Source of the DNA: an uncultured Actinomycetota bacterium
GTDB lineage: Bacteria > Actinomycetota > Acidimicrobiia > Acidimicrobiales > RAAP-2
NCBI GenBank assembly: GCA_963824265.1
Contig: CAWGOO010000002.1
Location: 316,744 to 380,743, forward strand
Direction: 5' to 3'
DNA: 64,000 nucleotides
Shown: positions 49,021 through 60,168 of the stretch, piece after piece
Numbering within the stretch: the first letter of the stretch is position 1
How the letters are laid out: every line of letters starts with the position of its first letter
Position numbers and translations under genes: made by a program
Notes under the pieces: generated by a model
Told to the model about the DNA's origin: nothing
Seen by the model: the letters and a program-made list of their open reading frames with translations, nothing else
The model's database searches: none

Positions 49021-49941
49021 ATGACCCGGTCAGCCCGCCTGATCGTGGCGTTGGCCATCAACGTCGCCCTCGTCGCTGGCCAGATCGTTGCCGGGCTCGC
49101 TGCCCACTCGACGGGCCTCCTGGCTGACGCCGGCCACAACGTGACCGACGTCGCCGCCGTCGTGATCTCGCTGCTCGCCGTCCGCTGGGCGATGCGACCC
49201 CGCAGCGACGCCCGGTCGTTCGGCAACCACCGCGGCACGATCCTCGCCGCTCTGCTCAACGCCGTCACCCTGGCCGCCGTCACCGTGGCCATCGTCGCCG
49301 AGAGCATCTTTCGCCTCGTACACCCGGCGCGCGTCGACGGCGGGATCGTCGTCGTCGTGGCCGCGGCAGCCATCGTCGCCAACGCCGCGGCCGCCCTCGT
49401 CCTGCGCGACGGCAGCCACGACCTCAACATGCGCGCCACCCTCGTCCACATGGCCGCCGACGTCCTCGCCTCGTCCGTCGTCCTCGTCGCGGGCATCGTC
49501 ATCATGGCCACTGGCGGTGGATGGGACCGCATCGACCCGGCCGCGTCGCTCGTCGTCGCGCTGCTCATCACCGTCCAGGCCGTCCGGCTGATCAAGGAGA
49601 GCGCCGACGTGCTCTTGGAATCGACGCCGGCCGACGTCGACCTGGCCGATCTCCGCCGCGTCATCACCGCGGTGCCCGGCGTCGGCGAAGTGCACGACCT
49701 GCACGTGTGGAGCCTGTCGAGCGAGTTCCGGGCCCTCTCCGCCCACCTCGTCCTCACCGGCCATCCCACGCTCGAACAGGCCCAGGACGTCGGCGGCCGC
49801 GTGCGGTCCGAGGTTGTCGGGCCGTTCGAGATCGCCCACACGACGTTCGAGCTCGAATGTGAGCGCTGCGTCGACGACGACATCGACGATCCGTGTGGTG
49901 TCCACGAGATCCCGGTCACCGTCCGGGCCCACGCCGATTGA
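49021..49941 (+). CDS. Cation diffusion facilitator family metal exporter (CzcD/ZitB-like)
   Basis: ORF 49021..49941. AHSTGLLADAGHNVTDV, ..LVHMAADVLASS.., ..VHDLHVWSLSS.. Six hydrophobic helices. Confidence 0.9.
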   Translation: MTRSARLIVALAINVALVAGQIVAGLAAHSTGLLADAGHNVTDVAAVVISLLAVRWAMRPRSDARSFGNHRGTILAALLNAVTLAAVTVAIVAESIFRLVHPARVDGGIVVVVAAAAIVANAAAALVLRDGSHDLNMRATLVHMAADVLASSVVLVAGIVIMATGGGWDRIDPAASLVVALLITVQAVRLIKESADVLLESTPADVDLADLRRVITAVPGVGEVHDLHVWSLSSEFRALSAHLVLTGHPTLEQAQDVGGRVRSEVVGPFEIAHTTFELECERCVDDDIDDPCGVHEIPVTVRAHAD

Positions 49942-50238
49942 CCATGGCCGACGACCGAGGCTGACGATGACCGGCGGGGGGCACGGGGGGGACAGGGCGT
50001 GGTCCGGACGCGACGCGACCCCGAGTAACCGTCCGACCGAAGCCGTCCAGCTCCTCGGGGCCACGCCCGCAGTGACCCGCTGCTCCGACTGGCGGGACCG
50101 TGTCGGACAATCCCACTGCAGAGCCCGAGCCGGCACGCTCCAGGGAAGCCACCGACCCGTCGTACGAGCCACCATCATTCGAGCCACCGCCACCGCCGCG
50201 GCGCCGGTGACCTCGCGGCCCCCGTGCCGTCCCTCCAG

Positions 50239-50334
50239 TCGGCCTTGCGGCCTCCCTTCGGTGCGTCCGATCGGCCTTGCGGCCTCCCTTCTGCTCGCCC
50301 CTCGGTCCGCCTTGCGGCTTCCCTCAGGTCCGAC
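50239..50334. repeat. Three tandem 31-33-bp repeats upstream of the GH43 gene
   Basis: tcggccttgcggcctcccttcggtgcgtccga / tcggccttgcggcctcccttctgctcgcccc / tcggtccgccttgcggcttccctcaggtccgac. Each contains the mini-palindrome ggcc-ttgc-ggcc. The period is not a multiple of 3. Confidence 0.8.
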
Positions 50335-50514
50335 GGCGGGTCTTGGCAACCCGAACTGTCGCCAGCGTGCGCTCCTCGTCACGTGACGTCAAGTAGCTGT
50401 CGGGAAATCCAGATCTTCTCCCCACAAAATTCCAAGCCGTCCCCAAGCCGGCGGCCCGTCGTCCCCAGCCCGGCGGCCGGCGTCCCCAGCTCATCCCCAG
50501 CCCGCTCGCTGACG

Positions 50515-51817
50515 ATGGCGGCGCGGCCGAAGGCTGGATCGCGGACCGTACCAGGACGGCGTCGGCGCCCCGTCGTCGGCCGGCTGGCCGCAGTCGTCGC
50601 GCTCGCCGGCACCGGCCTCGGCCTCGTGTCGACCGGTGTGTCGGCGGCCGGCGGCCGCACCGATCCACCGGCCACCGCCGGTCACCCCGGCTGGCGACCG
50701 GCGGGCTCGAAGGACGCGGCCGGCACCGGACCGACCGCGGTCCGCGCCCTCGGCCTAGCAACCGGGGCCGCCGTGCCGGGCACCCGCTCGGCCTACTACG
50801 AGCCACTGCCCGCCACCGGTGTCGAGGCCATGTCGCCGGCGCAGTTCGTCGTGACTGGCCGCGACGCCCCCGACCCGTTCGTGCTCGTCGAGAACGGCAC
50901 CGACTACCTGTACACCAGCCAGGGCAACCAGACCGGGAACAACATCCCGGTCGCCGCCGGCCGCTCGCTGACCACGCTCGGGCCACTCGGCGACGCCATG
51001 CCCGCCCTTCCGGCCTGGGCCGTCCCCAACTTCACGTGGGCGCCGGACGTCCACCGGTTCGGCGACCACTACGTCCTCTACTTCACCGCCATCGTCGCCA
51101 GCACCGATCCCGCCGACGAGTGCATCGGCATCGCCTCCGGCCCGTCGCCGCTCGGTCCGTTCATCGCCGAACCGCAGCCGTTCGTCTGCCAGCTCGACCA
51201 GCACGGATCGATCGACCCGCGGACGTTCACCGACGTCGACGGCACGACGTACCTGATCTGGAAGTCCGACGACAACGCGGACGTGAACGGCACCGAGCTG
51301 ACGAACATCTACTCCCAACCGCTCAGCCCCGACGGCCTCCATCTCGACGGCCAGCCCGACCCGGATCTTCGGGCCCGACGAGCCCTGGCAGGGAAGGATC
51401 GTCGAGGCCCCCGACCTCGTCTGGGCCCAGGGGGCGTACTGGCTCTTCTACTCCGGCGCGTGGTTCAACCAGCCGGACTACGCCATCGGCGTCGCCCGCT
51501 GCGCCGGCCCGCTCGGGCCGTGTGCCGACTCGTCCGCCGAGCCGTTCCTGGCCTCGAACGACCAGGGAGCCGGGCCGGGCGAGCCATCCGTCTGGCGCGA
51601 CGCGGCCGGCATCTGGTTGCTCTACACGCCATGGCGTTCGGACGTCCCCAGCTATACAACCCCGCCCCGGCCGGTGGCGATGCTCCGGCTCGGCTTCGGC
51701 CCGGCCGGGCCGTACGTCGCCGCCCCCACCACCGACGTCCCCCCGCCGACGCCCCGCCGGGCGCCACCGCTCGAACCGCCCGTCCTCCGGCTGGCCGTTG
51801 CCGGGCGGTCACGATGA
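50515..51817 (+). CDS. Glycoside hydrolase family 43-like secreted protein; frame break at about 51358
   Basis: Internal ATG 50515 of ORF 50224..51840. Signal/TM segment LAAVVALAGTGLGLVSTGVSAAG. ..APDPFVLVENGTDYLYTS.., ..WAPDVHRFGDHYVLYF.., ..IDPRTFTDVDGTTYLIWKSDDN.. It continues in the frame of ORF 51617..51817 (TRIFGPDEPWQGRIVEAPDLVWAQGAYWLFYSGAWF..). Confidence 0.75.
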
Positions 51818-51826
51818 CGGCCGGGC

Positions 51827-52603
51827 TCAGAGCGGGGTGACGTAGGCGGCGTGGATGCCACCGTCGACCAAGAAGGTCGACGCCGTGACGAACGACGCGT
51901 CGTCGGAGGCCAAGAAGGCCGCCGCGGCGGCGATCTCGTCCGGCTCGGCGAACCGGCCCATCGGGATGTGGACGAGCCGCCGGGCCGCCCGTTCGGGGTC
52001 CTTGGCGAACAGCTCCTGGAGCAACGGCGTGTTGACCGGTCCGGGGCAGAGAGCGTTGACCCGGACGCCCTGCCGGGCGAACTGCACGCCGAGCTCGCGG
52101 GACATGGCGAGGACACCGCCCTTCGACGCGGTGTACGAGATCTGGCTCGTCGCCGCGCCCATGACCGCGACGAACGACGCCGTGTTCACGACCGATCCGC
52201 CGCCCCGTTCGAGCAGCCACGGGATCCCGTACTTGCAGCACAGGTAGACCGACGTCAGATTGACCTCTTGGACCCGCCGCCACGCGTCCATCTCCGTCTC
52301 CAGGATCGAGTCGTCGTCCGGCGGCGAGATGCCGGCGTTGTTGCAGCAGACGTCGATGCCGCCGTACTCGGCCACCGCCGCTTCGTACATCGCCTGGACG
52401 GCGTCCGGGTCCGTGACGTCGGCCGACACGAACAGGCCACCGACCGCCTCCGCCACCGCCGCACCGGCCGCCGGGTCGACGTCGACGACCACGACCGCGG
52501 CCCCTTCGGCCGTGAACCGCTCGGCCATCGCCCGGCCGATGCCGCTACCGGCGCCGGTGACGACGGCCACCTTTCCCTCCAGCCGGCTCGCCCGGACGTT
52601 CAC
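51827..52603 (-). CDS. Short-chain dehydrogenase/reductase (SDR)
   Basis: ORF 51827..52687 trimmed to GTG 52603, preceded by gaggaggagga. KVAVVTGAGSGIG, NNAG, YTASKGG. Confidence 0.9.
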   Translation of the reverse strand: MNVRASRLEGKVAVVTGAGSGIGRAMAERFTAEGAAVVVVDVDPAAGAAVAEAVGGLFVSADVTDPDAVQAMYEAAVAEYGGIDVCCNNAGISPPDDDSILETEMDAWRRVQEVNLTSVYLCCKYGIPWLLERGGGSVVNTASFVAVMGAATSQISYTASKGGVLAMSRELGVQFARQGVRVNALCPGPVNTPLLQELFAKDPERAARRLVHIPMGRFAEPDEIAAAAAFLASDDASFVTASTFLVDGGIHAAYVTPL

Positions 52604-52616
52604 GAGATCCTCCTCC

Positions 52617-53971
52617 TCACGGGTCGGTCGAGACGAAGACGGTCTTGATGTCGGTGAACGCGTCGGTGGCATCCGGTCCGAGCTCACGCCCGATGCCGGA
52701 CTGCTTGAAACCGCCGAACGGCGTCCAGTAGCGGACCGACGAGTGGGAGTTGACGGAGAGGTTCCCCGCCTCGACGGCCCGGGCCACCCGCAGCGCCTTG
52801 CCGACGTCGCGGGTCCAGACCGACCCGGACAGGCCGTAGTCGGTGTCGTTGGCGATACGGACTGCGTCGGCCTCGTCGTCGAATGGGACGACCACGACTA
52901 CCGGTCCGAAGATCTCGTCGGTCGCCGCCCGGTCGTCCGGGGCGACCGGAGCCAGCACGGTCGGCGGGTACCAGAAGCCCGGGCCGGACGGCGCCGAGCC
53001 ACAGAAGGCGACCGGCGCGCCGTCGGGGACGAACGCCGCCACCTCCCGGCGGTGGGCATCGGAGATGAGCGGACCCATCTCGCTGGTCTCGTCGGTCGGG
53101 TCGCCGACGACGACGGCCTGGACGGCCGGTTCCAGCCGTTCCATGAACCGGTCGTAGACACGGCGCTCGACCAGGATCCGCGAGCGGGCGCAACAGTCCT
53201 GCCCGGCATTGTCGAAGACCCCGTACGGCGCCCGAGCCGCGGCCATCTCGACGTCCGCGTCGGCGAACACGATGTTCGCCGACTTGCCACCCAGCTCGAG
53301 CGTGACCCGCTTCACCTGGGCCGCACAGCCGGCCATGATCCGCTTGCCGACGTCGGTCGAACCGGTGAAGCAGACCTTGCGAACCGCCGGATGGGTGACG
53401 AACCGCCAACCGACGACCGAGCCGCTGCCCGCGACCACTTCGAAGACGCCTGCCGGCAGACCGGCCTCGACCGCCAGCTCGCCCAGGCGGATGGCGCTGA
53501 GCGGGGTGAGCGCCGCCGGCTTGAGGACGACCGTGTTGCCGGCCGCCAGCGCGGGGGCGAACCCCCAGCCGGCGATGGCCATCGGGAAGTTCCATGGGAC
53601 GATGATCCCGACGACACCGAGCGGCTCGTGGAACGTCAGGCTGACCCCCCGGCCACCGGGATCTGCCGACCGCTCATCCGCTCCGGTGCGCCGGCGTAGT
53701 AGTCGAGGACGTCGCGGACATTGCCGGCCTCCCAGCAGGCGTTGCCGATCACGTGCCCCGCGTTCGCCACCTCCAGCGCCGCCAATTCGTCGACGTGGTC
53801 GTCGACGACGCCGGCGAACCGCCGGAGCAGCCGGGCGCGGTCGCCGGGCGCCACTGCCCGCCAGCCGTCGAACGCCGCCGCTGCCCGGCCCACCGCCGCG
53901 TCGACCTCCGCCGCGGTGGCCGAGGCGACCGTGGCGATGACCTCCGCCGTCGCCGGGTTGACGAGTGTCAC
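52617..53971 (-). CDS. NAD(P)-dependent aldehyde dehydrogenase; frame break in the C6 run at 53645-53650
   Basis: N-terminus ORF 53636..53971 (LVNPATAEVIA..) plus ORF 52617..53582 and its upstream frame (SLTFHEPLGVVGIIVPWNFP, VVLKPA, ELGGKS, catalytic C in GQDCCA, EIFGPV). Confidence 0.9.
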
Positions 53972-53978
53972 GCAGCGA

Positions 53979-55631
53979 TCATGGCACCGGCTCGAGCTCC
54001 AGCTCGATGCGAGCCAGCTCCTCGGGCGTGCCCTGCACCTTCGGGCCCTTGAACCACTTGCGGGCGGAGAGCACCCACCAGCCGCCGGCGAGGACCACCA
54101 CCACGCCGACCGCCACCGGTGCGTAGTTGAAGGTGTGGGCGGTCACCGGGGATGTCTGCGGCAGCATGAACAAGAAGCAGATGAGGACCACCCAGACCGT
54201 GGCCACCCACCCGATCAGGTAGGTCCACTTGCCCAGGTTCCACGGCCCTCGCTCGAAGTGCTCCTTGGCCCGCAGCCGGAGGAAGATCGGGATGATGTAG
54301 GCGATATAGAGCCCGATCACCGCGATGGACGTGACGGCGGCGTAGGCCACCGGGCTCCACCCGTAGGGCAGGCCCAGGATGAAGGCGAAGACCACGGCGA
54401 ACCAGATGGAGTTGGTCGGCGTACCGGTCCGACGGTTGATCTTGTGCCAGTGGGTCGAGCCGGGGACGGCGCCGTCCCGGGAGAACGCGTAGATCATCCG
54501 GCTGTTGGCCGTGACCGACGCCATCCCGCAGAACAGCTGGGCCACGATGGCGATCAGCAGGAGCAGCTCGCCTCCTACCCGGCCGACCGAGTCGATGAAG
54601 ATCTGCGCCGGCGGGACGCCGGTGGTCGAGGCGATCTCCCCGCTGTAGTTCTGGATGGCGAACGTCACCCCGATGAGCAGGACCCAGCCGGCGACGAGGG
54701 AGACCACGATCGACATGACGATCCCGCGGGGCCCGGCGATGTTGGCGTTGTGGGTCTCCTCGGTCATGTGCGCCGAGGCGTCGTAGCCGGTGAACGTGTA
54801 CTGGGCGACCAACAAACCGATGAAGAAGATGTAGACCGACGAGCCCCAGCCGGTGAACCCGCTCTCGTTGACGAAGTGACCGAAGACGAACGACGCCGAC
54901 TGGTGGTGGGCCGGAACGGCGAAGAGCACGATGACGATCGTCAGGACCCCGATGATGTGCCACCACACGCTGACGTCCGACAGGAGTGCGACGACGCGGA
55001 CGCCGAACGTGTTCAGCAGTCCGTGCAGGGCGAGGATGACGGCGTAGGCGATGACCACGTGCCAGTGCGTGGCCGACAACCCGGTGGTCAGGTTGAGGAA
55101 CGCGGTGGCGAACAGCGCGGCACCGAAATCGATGCCTGCCGTCACCGCCACCTGACCCAGCAGGTTGAACCAACCGCAGAACCAGCTCCAGGCGGCCGGG
55201 TTCTTTCCCGACTGGGGAGCCAGCTTCGCCGCCCAGTAGTACAGGCCGCCGGCGGTCGGGTAGCTGGAGCACACCTCGGCCATGGCCAGCCCGACCAGGA
55301 CCACGAGCAGACCGACCACCGGCCACCCGATCGTCATCGCCACCGGACCCCCGTGGGTCATCCCGAACCCGTACAGCGTCAGACAGCCCGACAGGATGGA
55401 GATGATCGTGAACGAGACGGCGAAGTTCGAGAACCCGCCCATCCGGCGGCGCAGCTCCTGTGCGTAGCCCATCTGGTGGAGCAGACGCGTGTCCGCGTCG
55501 GCCCCGGGCGGCGGTGGCGTTCCGACCGGTGGTGCGGTCGATGCGCCGGCCGGGACCGGCGTGACCGGTACCGCCTCGTTCGACGTCGGACCCGTGAGGT
55601 CGTCCACGTCCAACCCCCTACTGTCGGCCAC
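53979..55631 (-). CDS. APC-superfamily amino-acid/amine permease
   Basis: ORF 53979..55631. About 12 hydrophobic helices. ..FSNFAVSFTIISILSG.., ..SSYPTAGGLYYW.., ..GYDASAH.., ..SRMIYAFSRDG. Confidence 0.9.
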   Translation of the reverse strand: MADSRGLDVDDLTGPTSNEAVPVTPVPAGASTAPPVGTPPPPGADADTRLLHQMGYAQELRRRMGGFSNFAVSFTIISILSGCLTLYGFGMTHGGPVAMTIGWPVVGLLVVLVGLAMAEVCSSYPTAGGLYYWAAKLAPQSGKNPAAWSWFCGWFNLLGQVAVTAGIDFGAALFATAFLNLTTGLSATHWHVVIAYAVILALHGLLNTFGVRVVALLSDVSVWWHIIGVLTIVIVLFAVPAHHQSASFVFGHFVNESGFTGWGSSVYIFFIGLLVAQYTFTGYDASAHMTEETHNANIAGPRGIVMSIVVSLVAGWVLLIGVTFAIQNYSGEIASTTGVPPAQIFIDSVGRVGGELLLLIAIVAQLFCGMASVTANSRMIYAFSRDGAVPGSTHWHKINRRTGTPTNSIWFAVVFAFILGLPYGWSPVAYAAVTSIAVIGLYIAYIIPIFLRLRAKEHFERGPWNLGKWTYLIGWVATVWVVLICFLFMLPQTSPVTAHTFNYAPVAVGVVVVLAGGWWVLSARKWFKGPKVQGTPEELARIELELEPVP

Positions 55632-55850
55632 CGGCCTCGGCAGGCGGCGCTGCTCCGATACGGCATTGACGCGCCGAGACCACGGTGTGTCAAGGGAAAA
55701 TCCGCATCATTCCGGCGCCTCATGCCTATAACGGCTCACAATTTCGGCGCGATCCGCGCCTGAGCGACGGATTCACGCCCGCGGACACCAAGACGATGGC
55801 CGACCCGTCGGCGATCGGGGCGACGCCGCCCGTCGTTTAACCTCGCGAAG

Positions 55851-57564
55851 GTGGGGGGAACATCGGGCAGCACAAGGACGCAGTTCAATCTGGCTCGGGT
55901 CGTCGAGACGATCGCCCGGACGCTGCCCGACGGCGAGTGCCTCGTCTGGCGTGACCGGCGGCTGACGTACGGCGAGCTCGCCGAGCGATCCCGGCGCCTG
56001 GCGTCGTACCTCCACGACCGCGGCCTCGGCGTCCGGACGGAGCGGGACGGGCCGGACGGACGAGCCGGCTCGGCCGGACGGGCCGGGCTGGCCGGTCACC
56101 AGTCCGGGCAGGACCACGTCGCCCTCGCCCTCTACAACGGCAACGAGTACCTCGAGGGCATGATCGGCGCCTACCGCGCCCGGGTGGCGCCGTTCAACGT
56201 CAACTACCGGTACGTCGGCGAAGAGCTGCGGTACCTGCTCGGTGACGGCGCGCCGCGGGCCATCATCTACCACGCCTCGCTCGCCCCGACGCTGGCCGAG
56301 GTGCTCGACCAGGTGCCGCCGGTCGACGTCCTGCTGCACGTCGACGACGACTCCGGCAACGATCCGCTGCCCGGCGCCGTCCCGTACGAAGGGGCGCTGG
56401 CCGCCGGATCGGCCGACGGGCCCGACGTCGAGCCGTCCCCGGACGACCTCTACATCCTCTACACCGGCGGGACGACCGGCATGCCCAAGGGCGTGCTCTG
56501 GCGCCAACACGACATCTTCATCGCCGCCATGGGTGGTCGCCGGATCGGGACGTGGGAACGGGTGACCAGTTACGACGACCTGGCCAACCGGGTCGACAAC
56601 GGCCTCCGGCTGAAGCTCGGCGTGCTCCCGCCGCTGATGCACGGAGCCGCCCAGTGGGCCACGTTCATGATGATGACCGAGGGTGCGACCATCGTGCTGC
56701 CGGACGACCCGCGGCACCTCGACCCGGCCGACGTCTGGCGAACGGTCGAGCGGGAGCGGATCAACACGCTCACGATCGTCGGCGACGCCATGCTCCGTCC
56801 GCTGCTCGACGAGCTCGACCGCCACGACTACGACACGTCGTCGCTGTACGCCGTGGGCAACGGCGGCGCTCCGCTGACCCCGGCGGTCCGCCAGCTCGCG
56901 CTCGCCCACCTCCCGACGTTGATCATCAGCGACTCGGCCGGCTCGTCGGAGACCGGCGCCCAGATGCATGCCGTCGCCGACGACGCGGGTGCCACCGGCG
57001 GTGCCGCCACGCCGCGCTTTCGCCCCGGTCCCGGGACGGTCGTCGTCGACGAGCGACCTCGGCGCGGTGCTCGCCCCCGGCCACGCCGGGAACGGCTGGC
57101 TCGCCCAGACCGGTGCGGTGCCGCTCGGCTACCTGGGCGACGAGGCCAAGACCGCCCGGACGTTCCCGGTGATCGACGGCACGCGGTTCTCGATCCCCGG
57201 GGACCGGGCCCGCCACCTGGCCGACGGCGAGATCGAGCTGCTCGGGCGGGACTCGGTGACGATCAACTCCGGCGGCGAGAAGATCTTCGCCGAAGAGGTC
57301 GAGCGGGCCATTGCCGGCCATCCGGCTGTCGTCGACGTCGTCGTCGCCGGCCGAGCGAGCACGCGGTGGGGCCAGGAGGTCGTGGCCGTCGTCCAGCTCG
57401 GCGACGGTCAGACGGCGGCCGCCGACGAGATCGTCGCCCACGCGGCCGGGTACGTCGCCCGCTACAAACTGCCGAAGGCCGTCGTCTTCGTCGAGACGAT
57501 CCAGCGGTCGCCGTCCGGTAAGGCCGACTACCGATGGGCCCGCGAACAGGTCGAGAAGAGCTGA
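55851..57564 (+). CDS. Acyl-CoA synthetase / AMP-dependent ligase (FadD-like); frame break at about 57054
   Basis: ORF 55851..57521 (..ILYTGGTTGMPKGV.., ..GNGGAPL..) joins ORF 56968..57564 (..GWLAQTGAVPLGYLGD.., ..PGDRA..DGEIELLGRDS..INSGGEKI.., ..YKLPK..). Confidence 0.9.
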
Positions 57565-57565
57565 G

Positions 57566-58282
57566 TCAGACCGACAGGTCCCCGCCCGGTCGCAGCGCCC
57601 CGCCGAAACCCATCAGCAGGACGCCGAGGCTGAGGGCGGCGAGCGCCCCGAGCGCGCTCCAGCGGACGCCATGCTCCTCGAGCACCGCGCCGACCGCCGC
57701 GCCGAGGAAGAGGAACGCCACCGTCGCCACCCGCCGGGCCACCCGGGCGGCCCGGCCGGCCACCGCCACGACGTCGGAGGCCAGGCCGGCCATGGTGGTG
57801 GTGAGAACGGTCGTGTTGATGTCGGGGACCCCCATCCGGCGGACGACGGAGCTCTGGAAGCCCATCGACAAGCCGAACAGAACGATGACGACGTAGCGCA
57901 GTCCACCCCGGGTGGCGCCCGTGTCGAACAGGAGGACGGCGGCCGCGGCCAGGAACACCCATTCGGTGCCGAAGCCGGCCCGGAAGCGAGCGGTGGCGTC
58001 CCGGCGGCCGGCGACGGCGGCGCCGAGGAGAGCGCCCGACACGAAGGCCAGCAGGGCGGCCAGTCCGCCGTAGAGGATGGTGTTCTGCGTGTACCCGTCG
58101 GGCCGGGTGGTCGACGAGAAGCCGAGCAGGAGCACGTTGCCGGTCATGTTGGCCGTGAACACCCGGCCGAGCCCGAGGAACGTCGTCGCGTCGACCATGC
58201 CGGTGGTGGCCGCCAGTAGGAACAACCCGGTCAGCACGACCCGGGGCAGGACAACGCCCCCGCCCTCGCCGGCCTGCGTCAT
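57566..58282 (-). CDS. YoaK-family (DUF1275) membrane protein
   Basis: ORF 57566..58282. ..LAATTGMVDATTFLGLGRVFTANMTGN.. Confidence 0.8.
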   Translation of the reverse strand: MTQAGEGGGVVLPRVVLTGLFLLAATTGMVDATTFLGLGRVFTANMTGNVLLLGFSSTTRPDGYTQNTILYGGLAALLAFVSGALLGAAVAGRRDATARFRAGFGTEWVFLAAAAVLLFDTGATRGGLRYVVIVLFGLSMGFQSSVVRRMGVPDINTTVLTTTMAGLASDVVAVAGRAARVARRVATVAFLFLGAAVGAVLEEHGVRWSALGALAALSLGVLLMGFGGALRPGGDLSV

Positions 58283-58320
58283 ATCGACCAGTATCGGCGG
58301 TCCCGGCGTACGCTCCAGGG

Positions 58321-58935
58321 ATGGCTCGCCTGCCCGACGACAACCGGGCCGCCGACGGCTGGACCGACGACGGCCGACCCCGCTGTGGCTGGGCCACGGG
58401 TCCGTGGATGGTGCCGTACCACGACGAGGAGTGGGGCGTTCCGGTGCACGACGACCGCCGGCACTTCGAGTTCCTCGTCCTCGAAGGCGCCCAGGCCGGG
58501 CTGAGCTGGCTGACCGTCCTCAAGCGGCGCGACGGCTACCGCAAAGCCTTCGCCGACTTCGATCCGGCCAAGGTTGCCCGGTTCACCGAGAAGAAGGCCG
58601 AGTCGCTGATGGGCGATCCCGGCATCATCCGCAACCGGCAGAAGATCCACGCCACCATCGACAACGCCGGCCACTTCCTCGCCGTGCAAGAAGAGCTCGG
58701 GAGCTTCGACGACTACCTCTGGGGTTTCGTCGACGGGCAGCCGGTGGTCAACCGGTGGCCGGCCATCGGCCACGTACCGGCTACTTCGGCGCTGTCCGAT
58801 GCCGTCAGCGCCGACCTCCGCCAGCGCGGCTTCCGGTTCGTCGGCTCGACCATCTGCTACGCCCACCTCCAGGCCGTCGGCGTCGTCAACGATCACCTGA
58901 CCACCTGCTTCCGGTTCGACGAGCTGACCAGCTGA
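58321..58935 (+). CDS. tag: DNA-3-methyladenine glycosylase I
   Basis: ORF 58321..58935. RCGW.., YHDEEWGVPVHDDRRHFEFLVLEGAQAGLSWLTVLKRR, ..IIRNRQKI.., ..VGSTICYAHLQAVGVVNDH. Confidence 0.95.
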   Translation: MARLPDDNRAADGWTDDGRPRCGWATGPWMVPYHDEEWGVPVHDDRRHFEFLVLEGAQAGLSWLTVLKRRDGYRKAFADFDPAKVARFTEKKAESLMGDPGIIRNRQKIHATIDNAGHFLAVQEELGSFDDYLWGFVDGQPVVNRWPAIGHVPATSALSDAVSADLRQRGFRFVGSTICYAHLQAVGVVNDHLTTCFRFDELTS

Positions 58936-59045
58936 GCGCGTCGGCGCACCGGGAGCGGTGCCCGTGGCGGGAGCACGTCCGGTACGGTGGCAGCTGGCGG
59001 GGGGCCACCGGCCCCCCCGACGACGACGACCGGGGGGATCGATCC

Positions 59046-60158
59046 TTGCGACGACGGACGGCAGTTCGGGGGGCGGCGGCGGCGATCGGCGTGGCCGGAC
59101 CCGGCCGACGCATCGTCGCCTCCGTCGTCGCCGGTCCGCTGTTGACGGCCGGACTACTGGTTGGACTGATCGGGCCGGGAACCGGGCTGATCGGCGCCCC
59201 GGACCCGGCCGGCGCGGCGACCAAGCCAGCACCGGTGCCGGCCGCGCCGTCGGCCGGCTGCCGGGCCACCACCGCAGCCGCCCCCGGGGAGACCACGATC
59301 CCGCTGACCGTCGGCAGCCGGCACGGTTTCTATGTCCAGCAGTTGCCGACGTCCTACGACGGCCGCACGCCGATGCCGGTCGTCTTCGACTTCCACGGCT
59401 ACTCCGAGCCGGCGTCCGGTCAGGTGACCCTCTCCGGACTCGGCACATACGGTCAATCCCACGGGTTCATCACGGTCACCCCCGGGGTGACAGAGCCGGT
59501 CCCGTTGTGGGAGGCGACGATCGGCAGCGACGACATGAAGTTCGTCGGCGGCCTCTTCGACGCCGTCGAGCAGACGCTCTGCGTCGACCAGGCCCGGCTG
59601 TACTCGACCGGCTACTCGAACGGCGCGTTCTTGTCGTCGGCCATCGCCTGCCAGTACGCCGGGCGGATCGCCGCCGTGGCACCGGTGGCCGGCATCCAGG
59701 ACATCGCCGGCTGCCACCCGTCGCGTCCGGTCCCCGTCGTCGCCTTCCACGGCACCGCTGATCCGTTCGTCCACTTCGACGGCAGCCCCAGCCAGACCGC
59801 GGCCAACCTGCCGGCGCCGACAGGAAAGCCCGGGACGCTCGGGCAGTCCGGCGACAAGAGCGGACTGAAGAAGGCGCCGACGATCCCCGACGACACCGCG
59901 GCCTGGGCCAAGCGGAACGGCTGCGCCGCCGGGCCGAAGTCGACCAACGTCGCGAGCGACGTCACGCTGGTCCACTACCGCTGCCCGGACGACGCTGACG
60001 TCGAGCTCTACGTCGTCAAGGGCGGCGGTCACGCCTGGCCCGGCAGCCAGGTGTCCGAGGCCATCCACTCCGTCGTCGGCCGAACGACCTTCTCCATCAC
60101 AGCCGACGCCATCATGTGGCGCTTCTTCGCCACCCACCCCCTCACTCCGCACGACTGA
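59046..60158 (+). CDS. Secreted esterase, polyhydroxybutyrate-depolymerase/LpqC-like alpha/beta hydrolase
   Basis: C-terminal part of ORF 58077..60158. The start is uncertain (TTG 59046 or GTG 59091). ..PMPVVFDFHGY.., ..LYSTGYSNGAF (nucleophile elbow), ..VVAFHGTADP.., ..GGGHAWPG. Confidence 0.75.
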   Translation: MRRRTAVRGAAAAIGVAGPGRRIVASVVAGPLLTAGLLVGLIGPGTGLIGAPDPAGAATKPAPVPAAPSAGCRATTAAAPGETTIPLTVGSRHGFYVQQLPTSYDGRTPMPVVFDFHGYSEPASGQVTLSGLGTYGQSHGFITVTPGVTEPVPLWEATIGSDDMKFVGGLFDAVEQTLCVDQARLYSTGYSNGAFLSSAIACQYAGRIAAVAPVAGIQDIAGCHPSRPVPVVAFHGTADPFVHFDGSPSQTAANLPAPTGKPGTLGQSGDKSGLKKAPTIPDDTAAWAKRNGCAAGPKSTNVASDVTLVHYRCPDDADVELYVVKGGGHAWPGSQVSEAIHSVVGRTTFSITADAIMWRFFATHPLTPHD

Positions 60159-60168
60159 GCCGTGCGGA

